Positions 9,906 to 16,008 of a stretch of DNA of 17,526 nucleotides are shown piece after piece. Below the pieces are notes generated by a model. That model was not told the origin of the DNA. It searched no databases and worked only from the letters and a program-made list of their open reading frames with translations. Position numbers and translations under genes: made by a program. Position 1 is the first letter of the stretch, and every line of letters starts with the position of its first letter. The DNA comes from Candidatus Hodarchaeota archaeon (GTDB lineage Archaea; Asgardarchaeota; Heimdallarchaeia; Hodarchaeales; Hodarchaeaceae): contig JAEOTM010000067.1 in NCBI GenBank assembly GCA_016839815.1, positions 1 to 17,526 on the forward strand. The letters are read 5' to 3'.

Positions 9906-10238
9906 TTGGCAGATGATTCGGTATTATTCATTATACAGGTTTTTAATGCAATTTGTTGTTTAATTGGATTTATCTTCTTTTTTTCTGCATTTAGATACGC
10001 TCAGAAGATCTCGAAATTGTTAGAAGAGACTCGTATCGTTAAAAGGTGGAGAATTGCGACTATGTTAGTCGGGGGGTTTTCGATAGGGTATCTTGGCAAT
10101 ATTGTATTAATTTTTTTCGTAGATTTATCAGTTCTTCTTATAATTGAAGCTCTTGTCTTTCTTGGTGGATCAGTATTTGTTCTCTTGGTCTTTACACTCG
10201 CCTATCAAACTTATGAATTAATCTATACTATCCCATAG
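9906..10238 (+). CDS. Small 3-TM membrane protein
   Basis: Three hydrophobic segments; TTG start preceded by AAGGTGA. Confidence 0.75.
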   Translation: MADDSVLFIIQVFNAICCLIGFIFFFSAFRYAQKISKLLEETRIVKRWRIATMLVGGFSIGYLGNIVLIFFVDLSVLLIIEALVFLGGSVFVLLVFTLAYQTYELIYTIP

Positions 10239-10263
10239 AAATTGAAGTCCTTGGATTGAAAGG

Positions 10264-11133
10264 TTATTTTAAGCGTTTTCTTAGAATTATTAGGACAAGC
10301 ACAGAAATTGTAACTACCCCCAATCCTCCCAAAATTGGAAGAAAAATCTGAAGGGGATCAAAAGGCTTAGTAATAATACTAATATTATCCAGTGATTCAG
10401 AAAATTCACCTGCATATTTGTAATATGAAACCGAGGTGAAAGCTCCAAAAAGAACGATTGAAAAAACCGTGATGACTATCATATAGGCTTGAATACCAGT
10501 GCTAGTGTCATAACACAGAGTCTGGTTAACTTTGACACTCGAAAGGTATAGTTTCAATTTGTTTGGAATGGTGGATTTAAAAAGTATAGAGGATTTAAAG
10601 GTCTGTTCTGATAAAGAATAGTGATAATCGATAATTTTTTTCCCATCAATTGAGGATAGTGCAGCCAAAGAATCAATAACTAGCATCCATTCTTGCCAGT
10701 CTGTAGAGACAACGGGTTCACCTAGTGAATTATTCAGGGGAAGTTGATAATTGATTCTACCATCAGAAATATTCTCATTAACTTGAGAGGAAATGTTCAG
10801 TGTCCCCTCCCTGGTTGATTCCTCTAATTCGACTATTTCAACAGTAAAATTTGTATTTTCAGGAGGAAACGGATCAAATATCGGTTGAAGAATAAAATTG
10901 TCAGTGATTAACTTGGATAAGGCTCTTATGTCACTAAGACTGATACCCAGAGGAAAATCGGAACCCTCGGTAAATCCTGGTCTTTTTGGTTTATCAAGGG
11001 ATGTAAATTTTAACATTTCTCCCTCGTTCACTCCAAATGAGTTAGAACCAGCGCGATTAATAATGAAATGAGGATTTACTAACAATAAAGTAGTAATGAT
11101 TAGACTTCCTATAACACGATGAAGTTTACTCAA
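10264..11133 (-). CDS. Secreted/cell-surface protein with N-terminal signal peptide and C-terminal TM anchor
   Basis: Basic-hydrophobic N-terminus; FGVNEGE and YDTSTGI motifs recalled from Asgard surface proteins; C-terminal TM followed by RKRLK; GGTGA before TTG. Confidence 0.75.
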   Translation of the reverse strand: MSKLHRVIGSLIITTLLLVNPHFIINRAGSNSFGVNEGEMLKFTSLDKPKRPGFTEGSDFPLGISLSDIRALSKLITDNFILQPIFDPFPPENTNFTVEIVELEESTREGTLNISSQVNENISDGRINYQLPLNNSLGEPVVSTDWQEWMLVIDSLAALSSIDGKKIIDYHYSLSEQTFKSSILFKSTIPNKLKLYLSSVKVNQTLCYDTSTGIQAYMIVITVFSIVLFGAFTSVSYYKYAGEFSESLDNISIITKPFDPLQIFLPILGGLGVVTISVLVLIILRKRLK

Positions 11134-11345
11134 CGCTAATTCACCAATTCTTTGTGTAGAATACTCACTTTATAACAACAAGTTTGAATTTCATCAATTA
11201 TTATAATCTAAAAAACAGTAGGTAATCTTCTTAACTCATTATATATATTTAGCTTCTGAAAACTGATGTGAGAAGATATTAATTTAAACCTAATCAAATA
11301 ACTCCAGACCTAAAACATGTCATTTACTGAAAGGAAGGAAAATCT

Positions 11346-11798
11346 ATGCTAAAAATTGGAGATACTGCCCCTGAATTTGAAACAACAACTCATTCGGGAT
11401 CTGTTGTCAGTTCTAAAAATCAGAAAGATACAAAATATGTCCTTTATTTCTATCCTCGGGACAATACTCCAGGATGTACCAAAGAGGCCTGTTCATTTCG
11501 TGATAATTTTCAGGTATTTTTGGATAAAGGAATCCAAGTGTTTGGAGTTTCAGGTGGAAATTCAAAATCCCATCAAAAGTTTATTGATAAATATTCACTA
11601 CCATTCCCTTTACTTATGGATGAGCAGCTTAATCTTGCTAAAAAATATGGTGCTTATAAACGAGGAAATAGAGTAGCACGGATAACTTACCTTGTAAATG
11701 AAAATGGCATTATCGAGGGAATCTATGGACTTGAGGGACATGAGAAAGTTAAGTCTGCAGAACATGCTTCACAGATCATTGACTTCTGGAAATTGTAA
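11346..11798 (+). CDS. bcp: Peroxiredoxin, BCP/PrxQ subfamily (CxxxxC)
   Basis: LKIGDTAPEF, YFYPRDNTPGCTKEACSFRD, FGVS, LPFPLLMD and catalytic Arg in ARITYLV. Confidence 0.96.
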   Translation: MLKIGDTAPEFETTTHSGSVVSSKNQKDTKYVLYFYPRDNTPGCTKEACSFRDNFQVFLDKGIQVFGVSGGNSKSHQKFIDKYSLPFPLLMDEQLNLAKKYGAYKRGNRVARITYLVNENGIIEGIYGLEGHEKVKSAEHASQIIDFWKL

Positions 11799-11826
11799 CC
11801 ATATTCAATTATGTAGGTAAAAGCAC

Positions 11827-12207
11827 TCACTTTAATCGTGGTGGGATACTCTCCCAAATTTTTTCATTTTGTTTAATAAGAAATTCAATAGCATCAGAAA
11901 AAGTATACTCTGATTTATTACTCTCAAATTTCAGACGTCTTAAGATATCGTGAGCATCGGGCCTCAAGAGGATTGTCTTTGAACTCTTCGTTACTTTATT
12001 TTCTCCTGGATTTTTCGATTCAATTCTATGACGTTTTTCATCGAAATTTGTGAGTTCATTTTCTAAGGTTTGAGAACTATTTTGTATCTTACCATCTAAT
12101 TTTAGGAGAACATCACTATAAGATTTCTCCTTTAGCTCAAATTTTGCCCAGCGTAGCATTTCCCATGCCTTACTAGAAATCTTAACATTTTGGGCTTCTT
12201 TTGACAC
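11827..12207 (-). CDS. Tandem-duplicated ribbon-helix-helix (VapB/CopG-like) DNA-binding protein
   Basis: Two internal repeats: NVKISSKAWEMLRWAKFE..KSYSDVLLKL and TILLRPDAHDILRRLKFE..YTFSDAIEFL, both matching the archaeal RHH pattern TI.I...A...L...K....SFSD.I..L. GTG start with GAGGT RBS. Confidence 0.75.
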   Translation of the reverse strand: MSKEAQNVKISSKAWEMLRWAKFELKEKSYSDVLLKLDGKIQNSSQTLENELTNFDEKRHRIESKNPGENKVTKSSKTILLRPDAHDILRRLKFESNKSEYTFSDAIEFLIKQNEKIWESIPPRLK

Positions 12208-12244
12208 AAGTCTTACCTCTTCTGAATATTATTGTTCCATTCAC

Positions 12245-12254
12245 TTTTATAAAA
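12245..12254. promoter_or_regulatory. Palindromic TATA-like element TTTTATAAAA between divergent genes
   Basis: About 38-47 nt upstream of the RHH start codon and abutting the repeat array. Confidence 0.5.
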
Positions 12255-12334
12255 CTTTCGGGTGTTACGGGTATTTCGTAAGGTATATATATGGCATGTG
12301 TTACGTATGTTACATGAATTCCATGTATAACTTC
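12254..12334. repeat. Degenerate tandem array of nine 9-bp units, consensus TRTTACRTR (putative operator)
   Basis: Units in exact 9-bp register: ACTTTCGGG, TGTTACGGG, TATTTCGTA, AGGTATATA, TATGGCATG, TGTTACGTA, TGTTACATG, AATTCCATG, TATAACTTC. Confidence 0.75.
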
Positions 12335-12376
12335 TCATCTGGAATTCAATAAATAAAAGGAAAAAGTGAACTAAAA

Positions 12377-12730
12377 ATGAGTGACTTTGAAGATTTAGAT
12401 TTTGATCTTGAAGAAACAGCAACTGTGAAGGCTAAAACACCTGCACAGTCGAAAACACCCGTAACTGGGGTTCAGGCTGGTCCAAAGAAGAATATTTTCT
12501 TTAAATCAACTGTTGGTCCAGAGAGAACTGAAAAACTCTCCGTTGGTGAAAACACTCCTGTGAGAGACGTCCGAGATACTCTAGCAAATATCTTTGGATT
12601 AGATCCTGATGATTTCCATCTTTCTCACGCTGGAAGAACTCTTGACGAAAGTGCTCCAATAGGTGAGTATGGAATAGAAAATGGTGATGAAATCCTCTTA
12701 ATTCCCCAGTCAACTGCAGGTTGGAATTAA
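12377..12730 (+). CDS. Ubiquitin-like modifier 1 (beta-grasp; acidic N-tail; C-terminus STAG-WN)
   Basis: Ub-like AGRTLDESAPIGEYGIENGDEILL; G115 followed by a 2-residue extension; first gene of the E1-E2-JAMM-RING cluster. Confidence 0.88.
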   Translation: MSDFEDLDFDLEETATVKAKTPAQSKTPVTGVQAGPKKNIFFKSTVGPERTEKLSVGENTPVRDVRDTLANIFGLDPDDFHLSHAGRTLDESAPIGEYGIENGDEILLIPQSTAGWN

Positions 12731-12892
12731 TCAGAGGATTAATTCACATTTTCTCAATTTTTCTAATAGGAAAATCCCACTTACAAATAAATCCAGAATT
12801 AAACTCTACTCTTCCGATTAAACAGTATTTAATTAAAAATTCAGATAGATATTTATGGATTGATTGTTATGAAAATGATTGTATTCTCGCTA

Positions 12893-12908
12893 CAGATTTT
12901 AAAATCTG
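12893..12908. promoter_or_regulatory. Perfect 16-bp palindrome CAGATTTTAAAATCTG with TATA-like core
   Basis: Directly visible; 72-87 nt upstream of the likely Ubl2 ATG, in a 249-bp intergenic gap. Confidence 0.5.
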
Positions 12909-12979
12909 GAACACCTTCATTATCAACAGATGAGAGTTTTCCAGATCTTATCCTAGAGAATACAAGGAACGATGTAATC

Positions 12980-13330
12980 ATGTCGGAAAATGAAGAGTTT
13001 ATTGAATTTGAGGAAGAAGAGGAGGAGGAACAAACTGATCCATCAATTCAATCCAAAGTTCCACGATCCAAGGTTCCAAGTGGAGAGCGAATTTCATTAT
13101 TCTTTCGGTCGACAATTGGACCAGGGGAAAAACAAGAAAAACTAACAGTTGACCCTGAGATGCCTGTTCGGGAACTAGCGGAGACAATTGGGGAAATTTT
13201 TGCATTAGATCCACAAGATTTTCACCTTTCAATCAGTGGTCGAACTCTGGATACTGATGATGTTTTATCGAATTACGATCTTGAAAATGGGTTAGAAGTT
13301 CTTATTATTCCTGTAAGTACTGCAGGTTAA
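12980..13330 (+). CDS. Ubiquitin-like modifier 2 (116 aa; acidic N-tail; ends STAG-stop)
   Basis: 42 of 78 aligned core positions identical to Ubl1 by manual count. Start moved from 12860 to ATG 12980 because MSENEEF parallels MSDFEDL, the lengths then match (116 vs 117 aa) and AAGGA lies upstream. Confidence 0.88.
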   Translation: MSENEEFIEFEEEEEEEQTDPSIQSKVPRSKVPSGERISLFFRSTIGPGEKQEKLTVDPEMPVRELAETIGEIFALDPQDFHLSISGRTLDTDDVLSNYDLENGLEVLIIPVSTAG

Positions 13331-13354
13331 ATTATTCTTAAAGGTGGATTCACT

Positions 13355-14593
13355 ATGTCAAATTTCACGAGTAAAACGCTGTCAAAGGAAGAAAAAAGAC
13401 GCTTTGATCGTCAATTTCGACTTCCTGGATGGAATCAAGAGATTTTAAAACAAAGCTCTGTCCTGATAGCAGGGATCGGAGGTTTAGGAGTAGAAATCGC
13501 TAAAAACCTAGCCATGGTTGGTGTTGGGCACTTAGTACTCGTGGATCTTGATACAATTGAATATTCTAATTTAAATAGACAGATATTGTTTATTGGCGCT
13601 CCTGAAGGTGCTCCAAAAGCTGAAATGGCTGCAAAAAAACTTCGGGAGTTGAATCCCTTTATCAAAGTTGATGCGTTTAATTGTCCCCTCCAAGATGTTC
13701 CTCCTCACATTTATAGTGAGGTTGATCTGTATATCGGAGGCCTTGATTCTATTGAAGCACGTTCGGAATTAAATCGCAGAGCAGTACATAATAAGAAATT
13801 TCTTATCGATGCAGGCACAGCGGTCTATAATGGACACGCGTATGTGGTTTCTCCGTTTAACAATGCATGTTTGGAGTGTGATCCATTAACTGAAAGGGCA
13901 CAGGATCAACTTGGAGCATGTACACTGGTGGGAAAACCTCGTAGACCTGCTCATTGCATACTTAAGGGACAATTACATTTTGAACAGAAGAAAGGAAGAC
14001 CAGTCAACATTTTACATTCAAATGAAGTTCAAGAAGTTGTAGCTTATGCAAACAAGCTTTTGAGGAAACACTTCCCTCGGGAAGACCCCTTTTCTGTGAA
14101 TCAGGTTATCCAGATCATTGACAACCATGAACCTACTGTTATTACCATTAATTGTGTTATGGCATCAATTCAATCCCAAGAAGCAGTTAAGATATTACAT
14201 CATCTTCGCACACCTAAGACAGAGGATAGTTTAGGTAGTATCCAATTGAATTATCTCATATATAATGGTTTAACAGGAAAATTTTACGAAATAGAAAAAC
14301 CTCGAAATCCTAAATGCGAAATGTGTGGAGAACGCAGAACCCCTATTTACCGTATTAAGGTAAAGAAAAAATATCCTCTAGTACAGTTAATAAAAAGATT
14401 CTCTGAGGATAAAAAGTACCCTATTGATTCTGAATTTCCCCCAACGATTTTTAAAATTGATTCTTCTGAACTTGGGGAAATTTCTTTAGAGCAAACTGTA
14501 TCCAAAGCAGGAATCAAGGATTGTGAGACTGTTCTTGTGACAGGTTTTGATGATGGATCACAAGTCTACCTTACATTAAAATTGGATGGTTAA
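13355..14593 (+). CDS. Ubiquitin-like activating enzyme E1 (ThiF/UBA family, UBA3-like architecture)
   Basis: RFDRQ, GIGGLG, DLDTIEYSNLNRQ, Zn pairs CLEC (172-175) and CEMC, catalytic Cys189 in ACTLVGKPRRPAHCI, probable C-terminal ubiquitin-fold domain. RBS AAGGTGG. Confidence 0.93.
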   Translation: MSNFTSKTLSKEEKRRFDRQFRLPGWNQEILKQSSVLIAGIGGLGVEIAKNLAMVGVGHLVLVDLDTIEYSNLNRQILFIGAPEGAPKAEMAAKKLRELNPFIKVDAFNCPLQDVPPHIYSEVDLYIGGLDSIEARSELNRRAVHNKKFLIDAGTAVYNGHAYVVSPFNNACLECDPLTERAQDQLGACTLVGKPRRPAHCILKGQLHFEQKKGRPVNILHSNEVQEVVAYANKLLRKHFPREDPFSVNQVIQIIDNHEPTVITINCVMASIQSQEAVKILHHLRTPKTEDSLGSIQLNYLIYNGLTGKFYEIEKPRNPKCEMCGERRTPIYRIKVKKKYPLVQLIKRFSEDKKYPIDSEFPPTIFKIDSSELGEISLEQTVSKAGIKDCETVLVTGFDDGSQVYLTLKLDG

Positions 14594-14599
14594 TATATT

Positions 14600-15127
14600 A
14601 TGTCGATTCGCATTAAACGTATTGCAGAAGATTATAATCAATTAAAAACCCTCTACAAGCAGAAAACAATTAAACAGTTGAAAGCATTTCCTGGAGAGAA
14701 AAAAAGCGTTGAGCACATAGCTGTACTGCTTGAAGGACCCAAAGGAACCCCCTATCAAGGGGGGAAGTTTATGCTTGAAATTAAGTTTGGACCAAATTAC
14801 CCATATTCTCCACCTTTTGTCCGTCTCCATACTCCAATTTGGCACCCGAATTTCTGGCCAAAACCAGACGAATATAAAGGAAAACGAAATATTTGTCTTG
14901 GATTAGTGGATCCCGACTTAATTGGAAAACCACAAGGATGGTCTCCATCAAAAAATATAACTACGGTAATTTATTCAATTTTAGCCATGTTTAATATTGA
15001 CGAGGCTTACACTAATCCTCATGATGTTTTTAACAAGAAAGCGGCAATGGAATATCTAAAGGATAAAGGAAAATTCAAAGAAAAAGCACGAAAAATTACC
15101 AAAAAATACGCAAAGAAGAAGTGGTAA
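14600..15127 (+). CDS. Ubiquitin-conjugating enzyme E2 (UBC fold)
   Basis: GPKGTPYQGGKF, NYPYSPP, WHPN (HPN at 82-84), sole Cys99 in NICL, WSP, and FNKKAA. Confidence 0.94.
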   Translation: MSIRIKRIAEDYNQLKTLYKQKTIKQLKAFPGEKKSVEHIAVLLEGPKGTPYQGGKFMLEIKFGPNYPYSPPFVRLHTPIWHPNFWPKPDEYKGKRNICLGLVDPDLIGKPQGWSPSKNITTVIYSILAMFNIDEAYTNPHDVFNKKAAMEYLKDKGKFKEKARKITKKYAKKKW

Positions 15128-15172
15128 TTGATACATGAAAATCAGAAAGAATCACAATAAGGAAGCACAATA

Positions 15173-15985
15173 ATGCCAAGTAAAAAGGATTCTCAAACAA
15201 AAAATTTGTTTGAATTGCTTCTCAGAGATACTGCTATGAACTATAATCCTGATAACTCCACTTTAACTTTAAAATTTCCAACAGCTTCTGAAACCAAAGA
15301 AGTTCCTCAAACAGAGGAAACTCTCACCTTAAAAAAGGATATCTCAGATCAGAGAGAACAGATACAAGAAGATGATGACCTAGACCCTGAGGTTGATCCA
15401 GTTAGAGTTAAAATTCAATTAAGAGCTTACATTCGACTTAGCCTTCATGCGTTAAAGTATGCCAATTCTTCTATTCCACAATCAGAGTGGGTTGAAGTCA
15501 TTGGCCTTTTGACAGGTCATATCGAAAACAAAGATACACCACTTGCGTGCTTGGTAATAACCGATGCATTTCCTGTAGGACATGGAACGAATGTGAACGC
15601 TGAAATCGAGGACCCCCAAAGTATGGTTCGAGTATTTAACGAAAGTCGGAAAAAAAGGGAATTAATACTTGGATGGTATCATTCACATCCTTCATATGGA
15701 GCATTCATGAGTTCGACTGATTATCGAACACAAGTTCGATATCAAAGACTAGGGACAAAAGGATCTCAGCTTTCTGCACCAATAGCTCTTGTTATTGATC
15801 CAACTAGAATATCTAGACGAACTTATGGTTTTAAAATCTTCAGATTGAAAAAAGATTTGAAAAACTGGGAAGAACCTCGCTATGAAGTTTTAAATTGTCC
15901 TTTAGAAAGTCTTCCTGAATTAATCAATACACTACTACCCTTAGCAGAAGGGAAAACGATGTTCTTAGAATATGATTATGAATGA
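15173..15985 (+). CDS. JAMM/MPN+ metalloisopeptidase (Rpn11/CSN5-like)
   Basis: E108 in EVIGLL; GWYHSHPSYGAFMSSTD (H170, H172, S180, D183); TQ..YQ; ALVIDP; ~75-aa charged N-terminal extension. Confidence 0.93.
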   Translation: MPSKKDSQTKNLFELLLRDTAMNYNPDNSTLTLKFPTASETKEVPQTEETLTLKKDISDQREQIQEDDDLDPEVDPVRVKIQLRAYIRLSLHALKYANSSIPQSEWVEVIGLLTGHIENKDTPLACLVITDAFPVGHGTNVNAEIEDPQSMVRVFNESRKKRELILGWYHSHPSYGAFMSSTDYRTQVRYQRLGTKGSQLSAPIALVIDPTRISRRTYGFKIFRLKKDLKNWEEPRYEVLNCPLESLPELINTLLPLAEGKTMFLEYDYE

Positions 15986-16008
15986 GAAGATGAGGTCGTG
16001 AAATCTAT

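Noticed and set aside
11356-11676. 106-aa alternative-frame ORF inside bcp
   Set aside because: Fully nested in a confident gene; no motif.
11827-12207. VapBC toxin-antitoxin module
   Set aside because: VapB-like RHH repeats are present but there is no adjacent PIN-domain toxin.
12254-12334. Repeat array as a CRISPR or mini-CRISPR
   Set aside because: Units are 9 bp, contiguous and degenerate, with no spacers and no cas genes.
12213-12422. 69-aa ORF with RNT repeats
   Set aside because: The peptide periodicity is just the translation of the 9-bp DNA array; it spans the divergent promoter and overlaps Ubl1 antisense.
12721-12979. 70-aa ORF 12721-12933 and the 40-codon N-terminal extension of Ubl2 from 12860
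   Set aside because: Non-ATG starts without RBS, AT-rich intergenic composition; paralog comparison supports ATG 12980.
13355-14593. MoeB/ThiF sulfur-carrier (cofactor biosynthesis) interpretation
   Set aside because: E2, RING and a UBA3-type catalytic Cys motif are present; no rhodanese, MoaE or ThiG genes nearby.
15971-15985. HbYX proteasome-docking motif at the JAMM C-terminus (YDYE)
   Set aside because: Penultimate Tyr is present but the preceding residue is Asp, not hydrophobic; too weak.
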